DNA of 64,000 bases from an uncultured Gammaproteobacteria bacterium (GCA_964413735.1 CAYPSS010000002.1:80261-144260), one strand, 5' to 3'; positions 30,274 to 41,221 are shown, counted from the first letter of the stretch. Notes: generated by a model not told the origin, from the sequence alone. Numbers and translations are program-made.

Positions 30274-31227
30274 TTATTTATTTTCCAAAGCCGCTTTACC
30301 GGAACTGATTTCCGCAATTTCCTGAGTAATGGACGCTTGACGCGCTTGATTATATACCAGCGTTAATCCATCAATCATATCTTTGGCGGCGTCACTAGCA
30401 TTACGCATACTGAGCATTCGTCCACTGTGTTCTGAGGCATCGGATTCCAACACCGCTTGATAAATTTGAACTTCAATTAAACGCGGTAACATGTTTTCCA
30501 AAACAATTGCCGGACTAGGTTCAAAAATATATTCAAAATTATAATTTTGTTTTTTCAAATATCGTTCTTTCTTTTCATTGATAAACTCCTTAGTGATTTC
30601 AATCCCCTTACTGGCGCCAACCGCTCCCAAATATTCATCGGGCGTCGGATCAACCGGTAACAATTGTTTTACTCTGGCCACTTGCTTAATCGGTGAAATA
30701 AAATCCGTATAAGCAATCATTACTTTATCATAATTTCCCTTAGCATATTCACTAACCACCATATGAGATAAAGAAGAAATTTCCGCCGCTGACATAGTCA
30801 CATCTTGTTTAATAAAATCCGCCATCACCTTTTGACCGCCGGCCATAATAATGTCACGGCCCTTGGATCCCAGGGTAATAATATCGGTTTGTGTCACTTG
30901 TTTTTCATGTTTTTTTATGGAACTAAGCGCTTTAGCCACCACATTTTGATTAAATGAACCGCATAAGCCACGATTAGAGCTGATAACAATCAAAGCTACC
31001 TTTTTAACGGTTCTTTTTTGCAACAAAGCATGCGCCGACTTATCCGTTTTTTCCGCCAAATGCAAAATCGTGGTCCACGCCAAATTAGCATAATCGCGCG
31101 TGGCTAGTACATTATTAACCGCCCGACGCATTTTGGCCGCTGATACCATTTCCATGGCTTTGGTAATTTTTCTGGTATTACCAACCGAACGAATTCGGCG
31201 TTTTAATTCTCTGGTTCCTTGAGACAT
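30274..31227 (-). CDS. atpG: ATP synthase F1 gamma
   Basis: KITKAMEMVSAAK, RGLCG, RQASITQEI. Confidence 0.97.
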   Translation of the reverse strand: MSQGTRELKRRIRSVGNTRKITKAMEMVSAAKMRRAVNNVLATRDYANLAWTTILHLAEKTDKSAHALLQKRTVKKVALIVISSNRGLCGSFNQNVVAKALSSIKKHEKQVTQTDIITLGSKGRDIIMAGGQKVMADFIKQDVTMSAAEISSLSHMVVSEYAKGNYDKVMIAYTDFISPIKQVARVKQLLPVDPTPDEYLGAVGASKGIEITKEFINEKKERYLKKQNYNFEYIFEPSPAIVLENMLPRLIEVQIYQAVLESDASEHSGRMLSMRNASDAAKDMIDGLTLVYNQARQASITQEIAEISSGKAALENK

Positions 31228-31232
31228 AATGA

Positions 31233-32783
31233 TTAAATCTTGGTTTCTTGTTTTGTTTCAATGAATTCTTCGCTTAAACCTTTAAATTCCACAATTACAT
31301 TTTTTAACATTTCCGTAATTTCATCGGTCAATTCTTTTTCTTTGTTTATTTTATCCAAAACATCCTTGCCATTGGTAGCAAAATATTTATGAAACGCTTT
31401 TTCGAATTCACCCACCTTAGCAACATCCACATCATCCAAATAACCGTTGATCACGGCAAACAAAATCGCCACTTGATTAGCCACCGGTACCGGTTCATAA
31501 ATCCCTTGTTTCAAAATTTCAGTAATACGAGCACCGCGTCTTAACTGTTGTTGGGTAGTTTCATCCAAATCCGAACCAAACTGAGCAAAAGCCGCCAATT
31601 CTCGATATTGGGCCAACTCCAAACGCAATTTTCCGGCTACTTTTTTCATCGCTTTAATCTGGGCGGCTGATCCCACACGTGAAACAGATAACCCCACATT
31701 AACCGCCGGACGAACACCTTGATAAAATAAATCGTTTTCCAAGTAAATTTGACCGTCAGTAATGGAAATAACATTAGTTGGAATATAAGCGGAAACATCG
31801 CCGGCTTGCGTTTCAATGATCGGTAATGCCGTTAATGAACCACCACCGTTATCCTCATTTAATTTACAAGCTCTTTCGAGTAAACGGGAATGAACATAGA
31901 AAATATCTCCCGGGTAAGCTTCACGACCCGGTGGTCGGCGCAAAAGCAAAGAAATTTCTCGATAAGCGACCGCATGTTTACTCAAATCATCATAAATCAC
32001 CAAAACATCTTTACCTTGATCCAAAAAATATTCGCCCATTGCACAACCGGCATAAGGCGCAATATAACTCAAAGCCGCCGGATCTGACGCACCAGCCAGC
32101 ACAATCGTGGTATATTCCATAGCCCCCATATCTTCCAATTTGGAAACAATTTTCGCGATTTTAGATTCTTTTTGTCCAATGGCTACATAAATACAAATCA
32201 TGTTCTGCCCTTTTTGATTAATGATCGTATCAATGGCAATAGCTGTTTTACCGGTTTGACGATCTCCGATAATCAACTCGCGTTGACCTCGTCCGATCGG
32301 AATCATGGAATCAATAGCTTTAATACCGGTTTGCACCGCTTGATGCACTGACTTTCTGGTAATAACACCGGGGGCGATTTTTTCCACCGGATAAAAATTC
32401 TTAGTTTTGATTTCTCCTTTACCATCCACCGGTTCACCGAGCGGATTTAAAACCCGTCCAATAATATTTTCACCCACCGGTACTTGTAAAATTTTTCCCG
32501 TTGATTTCACCACATCACCTTCTTTGATCTTACGGTAATCTCCGAAAAGCATGGCGCCGACACTATCTTCTTCCAAATTCAAAACCACACCAACCACCCC
32601 GCTACCAAAATCTAACATTTCCGAAGCTTTGGCTTCACTTAATCCGGACACCTTGGCAATACCGTCACCCACTTCCAAAACCCGACCGATATTTTCGACG
32701 GAAACCTGCTCGGTAAATCCTTCGATTTGACTTCGCAATGATTCAATAATGGAATTATTATTACTATTTTTTTCTTTTACCAT
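31233..32783 (-). CDS. atpA: ATP synthase F1 alpha
   Basis: [20 protein letters not shown]. Confidence 0.98.
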   Translation of the reverse strand: MVKEKNSNNNSIIESLRSQIEGFTEQVSVENIGRVLEVGDGIAKVSGLSEAKASEMLDFGSGVVGVVLNLEEDSVGAMLFGDYRKIKEGDVVKSTGKILQVPVGENIIGRVLNPLGEPVDGKGEIKTKNFYPVEKIAPGVITRKSVHQAVQTGIKAIDSMIPIGRGQRELIIGDRQTGKTAIAIDTIINQKGQNMICIYVAIGQKESKIAKIVSKLEDMGAMEYTTIVLAGASDPAALSYIAPYAGCAMGEYFLDQGKDVLVIYDDLSKHAVAYREISLLLRRPPGREAYPGDIFYVHSRLLERACKLNEDNGGGSLTALPIIETQAGDVSAYIPTNVISITDGQIYLENDLFYQGVRPAVNVGLSVSRVGSAAQIKAMKKVAGKLRLELAQYRELAAFAQFGSDLDETTQQQLRRGARITEILKQGIYEPVPVANQVAILFAVINGYLDDVDVAKVGEFEKAFHKYFATNGKDVLDKINKEKELTDEITEMLKNVIVEFKGLSEEFIETKQETKI

Positions 32784-32806
32784 ACTAAATTGAATTTATC
32801 TTATTA

Positions 32807-33346
32807 TTATATGATTGAATTTATTTTCTTTTTCAAATTACGAATTTTACCCCGAATACTACCATCAAAAACCTGATCACCAACCGTCACCACCATGCCT
32901 CCGATAATATCCTTGTTAATTAAATTTTTCATTAATATTTTCACTTCCAACTTCGCCGTCATTAAATCAATCAATTTCTTTTCTTGCTCAGCTGATAAAG
33001 GAATAACGGTTTCCACGAAAATTTCCTTGATATCTTCTTGGTGTAAATAATTTTTTTGCGCTAACGTAATAATTTGAGTCAAATACTCCAGTTTTTTTTC
33101 TTTTACCAAAAGTAAAATAAAATTAATGGTTCGAGCACTGACAAAATCCTGAAAAACCAACCCCAAAGCTTTTTTCTTCAAATCCAAAGAAACATGGGAA
33201 TCAAGTAAATATTTTTTTAAATCCGGATTGTCGTTGATTTTTTCTGAAACATTGTGCAAGTCAGCCAAAAGTTGATCGAAAATTCCTTGTTCGCGACCGA
33301 TTTTGGTTAACGCCAAAGCATAATGTTTCAAATTAACGATTTTCAT
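32807..33346 (-). CDS. atpH: ATP synthase F1 delta
   Basis: YALAL, IIGG..DGSIRG; operon position. Confidence 0.92.
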   Translation of the reverse strand: MKIVNLKHYALALTKIGREQGIFDQLLADLHNVSEKINDNPDLKKYLLDSHVSLDLKKKALGLVFQDFVSARTINFILLLVKEKKLEYLTQIITLAQKNYLHQEDIKEIFVETVIPLSAEQEKKLIDLMTAKLEVKILMKNLINKDIIGGMVVTVGDQVFDGSIRGKIRNLKKKINSII

Positions 33347-33348
33347 AA

Positions 33349-33852
33349 TTATGATTTTTTCAATTCTTCAATCACATCATCAATTAATTGACGATGTTTT
33401 TTCTCATCAATCGTTTGGTTGGCAATTTTCCCGGAAGCCAAAAGCACCAAATCAGCCAATTCACCCTTAACTTCATGCATCATTTTTTGACGTTCATTGT
33501 GAATTTCCACCTTTGCTTCCGTAACGATTTTCTCAGTTTCTTTTTTAGTTTTCTCGATTTTTTGCCGACGAATTTCTTCCACTTCTTTTTCCGCTTCCAA
33601 AATTATTCGCTGTCCTTCTTTACGGCCTTTTTTAATTTCTTTTTGCTTTTCCACTTCCGCTTTTTTCAAATTTTCTTCAATAATTTCCGCGTTTTTCAGC
33701 CCTTCATCAATTCTTTGCGAACGGTCATGCATTAATTTCATTAATGGACGAATCCCATAATAATACAAAACCGCCAGCACAATTAAAAAGTTAACTCCCT
33801 GAGCAATCAATAATTTCCAATCTATGTAAAATGTTTCAATCAATTTTTCCAT
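33349..33852 (-). CDS. atpF: ATP synthase Fo b subunit
   Basis: IAQ.VNF TM followed by a charged coiled coil. Confidence 0.94.
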   Translation of the reverse strand: MEKLIETFYIDWKLLIAQGVNFLIVLAVLYYYGIRPLMKLMHDRSQRIDEGLKNAEIIEENLKKAEVEKQKEIKKGRKEGQRIILEAEKEVEEIRRQKIEKTKKETEKIVTEAKVEIHNERQKMMHEVKGELADLVLLASGKIANQTIDEKKHRQLIDDVIEELKKS

Positions 33853-33876
33853 ATAAATTTATAATAATTTAATCTG

Positions 33877-33900
33877 GCTCTCTGAATTGTTTCAGAGAGC
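33877..33900. other. stable intercistronic hairpin after atpE
   Basis: GCTCTCTGAA-TTGT-TTCAGAGAGC perfect 10-bp stem. Confidence 0.6.
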
Positions 33901-33911
33901 GAATCAAACTA

Positions 33912-34130
<219 letters not shown>

Positions 34131-34269
34131 TTATCACGAATGATTTTTATCATCCATGAACAATTATTTGTCAATGACAATCGACTGTTAAAATTTGGTT
34201 TATTTAAAGTCGGTTTGACAATTAATTAATTAGCGAAAACAAACTTAGAAATTTACTTTCGTCAAACAA

Positions 34270-35124
34270 TTAATGTTCCTCTTCCGTCGCGGCAATGGTG
34301 TAATAAACCAAAGTTAAAATAGCAAAAATGAGTGCCTGTACCACCCCGACAATCACTTCCAAGAATATGAAAGGTATCGGTAAACCAAAAGCAAAAATCA
34401 CCGCAATCGATGACAACAAAACTTCCCCGGCAAAAATATTACCGAATAAACGAAAAGACAATGAAGCCACTTTGGCGATTTCTCCCACAATTTCAATCAA
34501 ACCAACAAAAAACTTGATTGGATTAACAATCACAATACTGAAATCCTTGCGAATTTTTCGTGGAATATCCAAAAATGATTTTACATTGAAAAATTTATTG
34601 GCATGACGCAAAAACCCAACGGTCACCATTCCGAAAATGTTGGCCCCCACCACACTAATCAGGGCTAATGCTAAAGTCGTATTTAAATCCGCTGTCCCAC
34701 CACGAAAAAACGGAATGAATTTACCATGTTCAATAAATCCAATTGACCCGATTCCCGGCAAAAGTCCCATCCAGTTGTTCAATAAAACAAAAATAAAAAA
34801 AGTGAACACTATAGGGAACACTTTTTCCGATTTTTTGCGATCTTGAGTAACTGAGTCGCACATTTTCAAAGCGCCTTCAATCACCATTTCAAAAACATTT
34901 TGAATCCCGCGCGGAATTAAACGCAATTTAGCTCTCAAAGTTAATGAAAAAGCAATAACAATTATGACCACGAGCCAAGTATTCAAAACCGAGTTGGTAA
35001 TATTAAATTCACCCACATGCAAAACCGGTTCTGCCGCCAAAGATATTTCATGACTGACATGTTCGGTTTCCGCATGTACCTGATTATTATTCCCATCATG
35101 ATTTTCATTATATGTTTGTGCCAT
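34270..35124 (-). CDS. atpB: ATP synthase Fo a subunit
   Basis: TADLN, SLSFRLFGNIFAGE, QALIF. Confidence 0.96.
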   Translation of the reverse strand: MAQTYNENHDGNNNQVHAETEHVSHEISLAAEPVLHVGEFNITNSVLNTWLVVIIVIAFSLTLRAKLRLIPRGIQNVFEMVIEGALKMCDSVTQDRKKSEKVFPIVFTFFIFVLLNNWMGLLPGIGSIGFIEHGKFIPFFRGGTADLNTTLALALISVVGANIFGMVTVGFLRHANKFFNVKSFLDIPRKIRKDFSIVIVNPIKFFVGLIEIVGEIAKVASLSFRLFGNIFAGEVLLSSIAVIFAFGLPIPFIFLEVIVGVVQALIFAILTLVYYTIAATEEEH

Positions 35125-35126
35125 AA

Positions 35127-35405
35127 TTATTTTTGTTTTTCCGTTTCCCCATCTTTTTGCTCTTGTTTGGTAATTTCATCGATTGATATTCGTGATTGTT
35201 TGACTATTCCAATATTAGTAATCACAAAAGCGCAAAAAACAGTAATTAAAAACAACCACGGTGAAGTATCAAAACGCTTATCCAGCCATCTACCGACAAA
35301 TACCGCCAAAATAATCGGCCCCACAATCCACGCTGACATTTGCGCAAACAATTTCAGGGCCGGAGCCCACCAACTATACTTTTGGTTGTCATTTTTCCGG
35401 ATCAT
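35127..35405 (-). CDS. AtpZ/AtpI-family protein
   Basis: GRWLDKRFDTSPW motif, first gene of the atp operon. Confidence 0.85.
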   Translation of the reverse strand: MIRKNDNQKYSWWAPALKLFAQMSAWIVGPIILAVFVGRWLDKRFDTSPWLFLITVFCAFVITNIGIVKQSRISIDEITKQEQKDGETEKQK

Positions 35406-35499
35406 TTTTGCTTAATTTAAGTAAAAAGAAAATATAACTCCGCCTCTATTCTATAATATATATAAAATCATGTCAATATTTTTTTTGTTAATAAATCCA

Positions 35500-36342
35500 T
35501 CAAACCGCCAAATTAAATAAAACTTTTGCATTGGTTGTGGTTAAATCAGCGGCTTGCTGATAACCAATTTGCCGAATTTCTGCGATTTTTTTCACTACAA
35601 ATTCCACATTAGAAGGTTCATTTCTCTGGCCACGATAAGGCTCAGGTGTTAAATACGGACAATCGGTTTCCGCCAAAATTCTTTCCGCCGGCATTTGCGT
35701 TAAAACGGATAAAGATTTACCGGTTTTATCAAAAGTGATAATCCCATTAAATCCTAAATAAAAACCCAACTCCAAAAACGGTTTGGCCATTTGATAATCA
35801 CCACCAAAGGAATGCAACACGCCTCGATTTTTCGGCAAATCTTTTTTCAATTCACTTAACAAATCATGATAAGCATCAAGCGGACTTTCTTTGGTACCAC
35901 GACAATGCAATATTAACGGCAAATTATTTTCATTGGCAATTCTAATATGTTGGTGCAAAACCTCCATTTGTTTTTGTTTAACCGCCCAAATATCGGAATC
36001 CGCCTCAATATGATAATAATCAAGTCCACACTCACCAATTGCCACGACTTGTTCTTTTTGCGCTAACAAAGAATATGCGGCGGGATCAAAATCTTCAGCG
36101 CGAGAGCGGAAACGACTTCCCTCTTCCACAATTTCTCTGGATTCCAATTGAATGGGGTGCAAACCAACGGCCGCAAAAGTTTTTAAATTCGCCTGTGCCA
36201 AATCCACCGCTCGCTGACTGGTGGATATTTGCGAGCCAACATTGATCATCACAATGTTTTTTTCTTGCGCTCGTTTAATTACTTCCTGATAATCCTGTAA
36301 GAAATCCTTAAAATTAACATGAGCATGAGTATCAATCAACAT
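35500..36342 (-). CDS. tatD: TatD-family nuclease
   Basis: DTHAH, GLHP, GECGLDY, HCR, HSF, ETDCPY. Confidence 0.95.
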   Translation of the reverse strand: MLIDTHAHVNFKDFLQDYQEVIKRAQEKNIVMINVGSQISTSQRAVDLAQANLKTFAAVGLHPIQLESREIVEEGSRFRSRAEDFDPAAYSLLAQKEQVVAIGECGLDYYHIEADSDIWAVKQKQMEVLHQHIRIANENNLPLILHCRGTKESPLDAYHDLLSELKKDLPKNRGVLHSFGGDYQMAKPFLELGFYLGFNGIITFDKTGKSLSVLTQMPAERILAETDCPYLTPEPYRGQRNEPSNVEFVVKKIAEIRQIGYQQAADLTTTNAKVLFNLAV

Positions 36343-36343
36343 A

Positions 36344-36841
36344 TTATAAAAAACTTTTAATTTTATTAATGGTTTCCGGCATTAACGGCACAAAAATATA
36401 TGAAATTTTAATTAATACCAATGTAACTATTGATTCACGCATTGAACCAAGCAACCAAGCATTAAACGGGTACTTGCTTAAAAATAAAACTAAAATTGAC
36501 AAAATCAGAATCCCGCCACTCATCCCCAAAATCGCGCCGAGCAATCGATCAAATGTTTGCAAAAACGGTACAATGGAAATCAATTTGAATAATTTACCAA
36601 AAATCCAAAACATCAATCCAACCAACTTTAACACCAAAGAAAAAATTATTAAAAAAGCCAAAAAACTTGATAAATTTGTATCGCCTAATCTTTCACCTAA
36701 AATCAAATAAAAACGCCCGGCTAAAACCGTGGCAATAACAATTCCAAACAACGCTCCAAGTGCCTGCAAAAAACCCTTTCTCAAACCCCAAAAAGTAAAG
36801 AAAATAATCAGCCCCAGTAAAATATAATCGAGCAAATTCAT
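36344..36841 (-). CDS. CvpA-family membrane protein
   Basis: LD....GLRKGF..DRLLGAILG. Confidence 0.85.
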   Translation of the reverse strand: MNLLDYILLGLIIFFTFWGLRKGFLQALGALFGIVIATVLAGRFYLILGERLGDTNLSSFLAFLIIFSLVLKLVGLMFWIFGKLFKLISIVPFLQTFDRLLGAILGMSGGILILSILVLFLSKYPFNAWLLGSMRESIVTLVLIKISYIFVPLMPETINKIKSFL

Positions 36842-36868
36842 ATTTGTTTTTTATTTTATATTACAAAT

Positions 36869-38368
36869 TTATTTTCTTTGAAACAAAGCTTCCCCTTTAT
36901 TCAATAATTGTCCTTTTTCAATTGGAGTACTTAAAACTTTATTTAAATCAATTTTGTTTAACGAAACTTTGAGATTGAACTTATCCCAAATCTTCTCGGC
37001 GGTTTCCGGTAAAAACGGCACCAAGGAAAAGGAAAGTTGTCGAATTATTTCCAATAAGTTGTAAATCACTATTGGTAATTTTTTATCATTATTTTTCGCC
37101 AATTCCCAAGGCTTTTGCGCATCAATATAACCATCACACCATTTAATCAAGTTTTGAATTAAAGTTAAATTTTCAAAAATTTTAATTTCCTGAAAGTTCT
37201 GCCGATAAATAACCCAAAAATTATTCAAATCAAATTCCGCATTATATTTGGCATCCGGCGCTAAATTATTAAAATATTTTTCATTCATTCCCAATACCCG
37301 ACTCACTAAATTACCAATGCCATTAGCTAAATCCGCATTATACTTGGTAAGCAAATCTTGTTTTTTGATATCACCATCATGACCAAACGGAAATTGTGAA
37401 ATAATCAAATAGCGGGCACCATCCACTCCATATTCAGTCACCAAATCATTGGGGTCAATCACATTGCCAAGACTTTTGCTCATTTTCTCACCATCAATCG
37501 TGAAAAATCCATGTACAAACAACTGTTCCGGCAACGGTAAATTAAGCGCCAAAAGCATGGCCGGCCAAATTGTGGCATGCACACGCAAAATATCTTTACT
37601 CATGAGCTGAATGTTTACCGGCCAAAAATCATTCGGCGATTTTTCCCCGTCCCAACTCAAAACACTCAAATAATTCAAGAAAGCATCGCTCCAAACATAA
37701 GCGGTATGTTCCTTATCCCAAGGCAAAGGAATGCCCCATTTAACATTTTTTCGAGAAAAAGAAATATCATTCAAACCTTCTTGTTTATAAAACTGCACAA
37801 TTTCGTTTTTTCTTTCAAGCGGACAAATTTTCATCTTATCAGCTGCAATCAGCGATAATAATTGATCTTGATATTTACTCATTTTGAACATGTATGATTC
37901 TTCACTGATTTTTTCCGGTGCTTTTTTATGATCCGGGCACAAACCATCCACCAAATCTTTTTCATTTTTGAACTGTTCGCAACCGCGACAATACAAACCC
38001 TCATATTTTCCCAAATAAATATCGCCCTGATCATATAGTTTTTGCAAAGCATTTTGCACTGCTATTATATGATAATCATCAGTAGTGCGCACAAAAGCAT
38101 CATGAGAAATATTAAGATTTTCCCAAGTTGTTTGAAATTTTCCCGCCACTTCATCAACAAAAATTTGCGGTTCTTGACCGGTTTCATTGGCCTTTTCCTC
38201 AATTTTCGCCCCATGTTCATCGGTCCCGGTGCTAAAAAATGTTTTATCACCAATCAAACGATGATAACGCGCCAAAACATCGGCCGCGATTGTCGTATAA
38301 GCATGTCCCAGATGCGGAACAGAATTTACATAATAAATCGGGGTGGTAATATAAAATTTATTTTTCAT
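36869..38368 (-). CDS. metG: methionine--tRNA ligase
   Basis: YITTPIYY, HLGH, GTDEHG, KMSKSLGN. Confidence 0.97.
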   Translation of the reverse strand: MKNKFYITTPIYYVNSVPHLGHAYTTIAADVLARYHRLIGDKTFFSTGTDEHGAKIEEKANETGQEPQIFVDEVAGKFQTTWENLNISHDAFVRTTDDYHIIAVQNALQKLYDQGDIYLGKYEGLYCRGCEQFKNEKDLVDGLCPDHKKAPEKISEESYMFKMSKYQDQLLSLIAADKMKICPLERKNEIVQFYKQEGLNDISFSRKNVKWGIPLPWDKEHTAYVWSDAFLNYLSVLSWDGEKSPNDFWPVNIQLMSKDILRVHATIWPAMLLALNLPLPEQLFVHGFFTIDGEKMSKSLGNVIDPNDLVTEYGVDGARYLIISQFPFGHDGDIKKQDLLTKYNADLANGIGNLVSRVLGMNEKYFNNLAPDAKYNAEFDLNNFWVIYRQNFQEIKIFENLTLIQNLIKWCDGYIDAQKPWELAKNNDKKLPIVIYNLLEIIRQLSFSLVPFLPETAEKIWDKFNLKVSLNKIDLNKVLSTPIEKGQLLNKGEALFQRK

Positions 38369-38383
38369 ATTTCAAACAAGACT

Positions 38384-38851
38384 TTATTTCAAATTATTTT
38401 TTAATCTGTATTTTTCAAATCCTTTTCTAATCATCCGTTTCGCTTGAGGCCAGAGAAATTCATAATTATCCAATTCATATTCTTCAATCCATTTATAATT
38501 TTGATGTTCATCGCTTATTTTTATTTCTTGTCCCGGTGCCTCAATCAAATGAGCAATGGCACAAACCGGCATTTTTCTTTTTTGAGTGTACCAAATATCA
38601 TAATCTACCAAATCAATAACAGTAATACTTTCCAAACCGGTTTCCTCGAAAATTTCTCGCTTAAAAGCTAATAAATAATCTTCGTTTTTCTCAATTCTTC
38701 CACCTGGGATATCCCAAAAACCAGGATAATCTTTAAGTTCTAAAATTAAACATTTATCCCTATAAATAAAAATGCCAGCTAAAGTAACCCAGTATCGTTC
38801 CATGTTTTTTTCTTTTTCATTGGCAATTTTCAAGTATTCTTGATCATTCAT
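38384..38851 (-). CDS. NUDIX hydrolase
   Basis: PGGRIEKNE....FKREIFEETGL Nudix box. Confidence 0.9.
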   Translation of the reverse strand: MNDQEYLKIANEKEKNMERYWVTLAGIFIYRDKCLILELKDYPGFWDIPGGRIEKNEDYLLAFKREIFEETGLESITVIDLVDYDIWYTQKRKMPVCAIAHLIEAPGQEIKISDEHQNYKWIEEYELDNYEFLWPQAKRMIRKGFEKYRLKNNLK

Positions 38852-38853
38852 AT

Positions 38854-39525
38854 TTATTTTCCGGAAATAATAATTACAAACTCACCTTTGGACATTTTTT
38901 TCACTTCCTCCAAAACCTCAGTGGCCGTGCCACGATAAATGGTTTCAAATTGTTTGGTTAATTCACGCGCCACGACAATTTGGCGATTTTTAATAACCGA
39001 AATTAATTCTTCCAAAGTTCGTAATATTCGATGTGTTGATTCATAGAAACCAACCGTAATTTTTGAATCTTCAATTTGTTGATAAAATTTTGTTCTTCCT
39101 TTATGCGGAATAAATCCTAAAAATAAAAATTTGTCCGTAGGAAAACCACTAACACTAAGCGCGGTAATAATGGCTGATGGCCCAGGAATGGGAATCACTT
39201 CAAAACCGTTTTTAATCACAGCTTCAACCAAAACCCCACCCGGATCAGAAATCCCCGGAGTTCCGGCATCTGAAACATAAGCCACATCTTCACCTTTTTC
39301 CAAATAATCAAAAACACGCTTAAAAACTTTTTCTCCACTATGTTGATGCAAAGCATATGCTGGTTTTTCAATTTGAAACTGTCCGGCTAATTTAGAAAAT
39401 TGTCGAGTATCTTCACAAAAAATTACGCTTACCTGTTTCAAAGTTTCTATGGCTCTCAAAGTCATATCCCCCAAATTACCTATGGGAGTAGCCACTATAT
39501 ATAATTTTCCTTTTTCATTTAACAT
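38854..39525 (-). CDS. rsmI: 16S rRNA C1402 2'-O-methyltransferase
   Basis: ATPIGNL, CEDTR, SDAGTPGISDPG, RELTK. Confidence 0.96.
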   Translation of the reverse strand: MLNEKGKLYIVATPIGNLGDMTLRAIETLKQVSVIFCEDTRQFSKLAGQFQIEKPAYALHQHSGEKVFKRVFDYLEKGEDVAYVSDAGTPGISDPGGVLVEAVIKNGFEVIPIPGPSAIITALSVSGFPTDKFLFLGFIPHKGRTKFYQQIEDSKITVGFYESTHRILRTLEELISVIKNRQIVVARELTKQFETIYRGTATEVLEEVKKMSKGEFVIIISGK

Positions 39526-39621
39526 ATGAACATATTATAATTGTTTTTTTGAAATTTAGCAATAAAACATCATAATATCCAGCTTATTTTAGATAAAAAT
39601 TTACACAAAAAAACATTAACA

Positions 39622-39650
39622 TTGACAAATACAGCTAAGTATGTTATAAT
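39622..39650 (+). promoter_or_regulatory. perfect consensus sigma70 promoter
   Basis: TTGACA-N17-TATAAT with TG extension. Confidence 0.9.
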
Positions 39651-39656
39651 TATAAG

Positions 39657-39908
39657 TATCGTTAAGTTCTTTTTCACTCCCTGTTTTGCCATGCTAGGGT
39701 GGCCCGGAGGTCGCTGGGGAGTGACGGCAAGTGTTGAGTTCAATGGTTTGGGAGAATGTTTCGCCAAACTACTAATGGCCTTTCAACCGCCATTGAACTC
39801 CACTTGTCGAAAAAGCATTGTTGCCGGAAGCCCTCGTGCTTTCGGATAGTATTAGTAACCGGGCTCGGACTAAAGCGTTGCTACGCCAAAGTCCGAGCCC
39901 CTTTTTTT
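39657..39908 (+). ncRNA. candidate structured non-coding RNA of unknown class
   Basis: GC-rich island between promoter and terminator, with three hairpin domains plus an 11-bp terminator stem and T-tract. Confidence 0.65.
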
Positions 39909-39946
39909 ATTTAATGATATAATTAAATTGTAAATTTAAAACAACA

Positions 39947-40789
39947 ATGAAATCCACCAGGAACAAAACAATTACAGTTTCTCAAAAAGAAATTAAAAAC
40001 TTTAATGAGTTTTTTTATTTAAACAATAACTTCAAACCAAACACCATTTATTTTGGCAATGCTCTGCAAGAGATAAAAAAATTACCAAATAGCTTTATTG
40101 ATTTGATCATTACCGATCCTCCATACAACAATGAAAAAGACTTTGGCAAAGGAAAAGTGAAAATTTCAAGAGAAAGTTTCAAAGTTTGGTGTGATTCTTG
40201 GATTAAAGAATGCGCCAGAATATTAAAACCAAACGGATCAATTTATCTTTGCATTGATTGGTCAAATTCAGGAATGATTCAAGAATTGTTAAACAAATAT
40301 TTCATTGTTCGCAATCGTATTACTTGGAAACGCGACAAAGGGCGAGGTTCTAAAAAAAATTGGAAAAATAACATGGAAGATATTTGGTTTGCCACCAAAT
40401 CAGATTCTTATACTTTTAATATTGAAGCGGTTAAAGAAAAAAAACTGGTTATTGCTCCTTATGTTGATAAAAAAGGAAACCCAAAAGACTGGCACGAAGA
40501 AAATAATCAGAAATTTCGCCTTACCCACCCATCAAACATTTGGACTGATTTAACTGTCCCCTTTTGGAGCATGCCCGAGAACACCGAGCATCCGACCCAA
40601 AAACCGGAAAAATTAATTTCCAGAATTATCATGGCTTCATCAAATAAAAATGACCTTATATTTGATCCCTTCATGGGATCAGGAACAATGGCCGTAGTAG
40701 CAAAAAAATTAAACCGCCAATACTTAGGATTTGAAATAGAAAAACGGTTTTATGTTTTGCTAAATAAAAGATTAAAAAAATCCGATTAA
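39947..40789 (+). CDS. orphan beta-class N6-adenine/N4-cytosine DNA methyltransferase
   Basis: DPPY precedes HPTQKP and DPFMGSGT; no adjacent endonuclease gene. Confidence 0.92.
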   Translation: MKSTRNKTITVSQKEIKNFNEFFYLNNNFKPNTIYFGNALQEIKKLPNSFIDLIITDPPYNNEKDFGKGKVKISRESFKVWCDSWIKECARILKPNGSIYLCIDWSNSGMIQELLNKYFIVRNRITWKRDKGRGSKKNWKNNMEDIWFATKSDSYTFNIEAVKEKKLVIAPYVDKKGNPKDWHEENNQKFRLTHPSNIWTDLTVPFWSMPENTEHPTQKPEKLISRIIMASSNKNDLIFDPFMGSGTMAVVAKKLNRQYLGFEIEKRFYVLLNKRLKKSD

Positions 40790-40804
40790 TTAATCGGATA
40801 ATTG

Positions 40805-41221
40805 TTAGTCAAAAATTTTTTTTGGCAAAATGCTGGTAATTGCCTTAACTTTTTCAACCAATTCCAGAAAAGCCACAAACAATTCCACTGTCCGGCGCGG
40901 ATTCAGAATTGCAAATTCAAATTCATTAAAATCAATATGAGAAAAAATCACATCAAGCCTTTTCAATGAATCAGACACCAAAACACAATCAACGAAATAA
41001 GCATCCTCACGCATTGATGAATTAATACACCCTATTTTCTTGGGATGTCTGAGAAAACAACTCGGCTCAGTTTTAATGCCAAAATAAATAACATTTTTTT
41101 CAAAACCCCATCTTGATCCAACAGATGACAACCCCTTATCACGACAAACAACAATTGTTCCTTCCGGTAAATGCCATAATTCTTCCAGCCGTGTAATTTT
41201 TTGTAAACGATCAAAGTTCAT
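40805..41221 (-). CDS. hypothetical protein, paralog of 41313-41747
   Basis: AGGAGG SD before MNFDRLQ; shared N-terminal IxxxEELxxLPxGTxVV. Confidence 0.7.
   Translation of the reverse strand: MNFDRLQKITRLEELWHLPEGTIVVCRDKGLSSVGSRWGFEKNVIYFGIKTEPSCFLRHPKKIGCINSSMREDAYFVDCVLVSDSLKRLDVIFSHIDFNEFEFAILNPRRTVELFVAFLELVEKVKAITSILPKKIFD

Noticed and set aside
39570-39849. ORFs 39570-39767 (-) and 39622-39849 (+) as real proteins; T-box or retron identity for the RNA
   Set aside because: The + ORF starts inside the -35 box, neither ORF resembles a known protein, and the extensive base pairing is better explained by RNA structure. AGGGTGGCCC is only a partial T-box match in the wrong position, and no reverse transcriptase is present.
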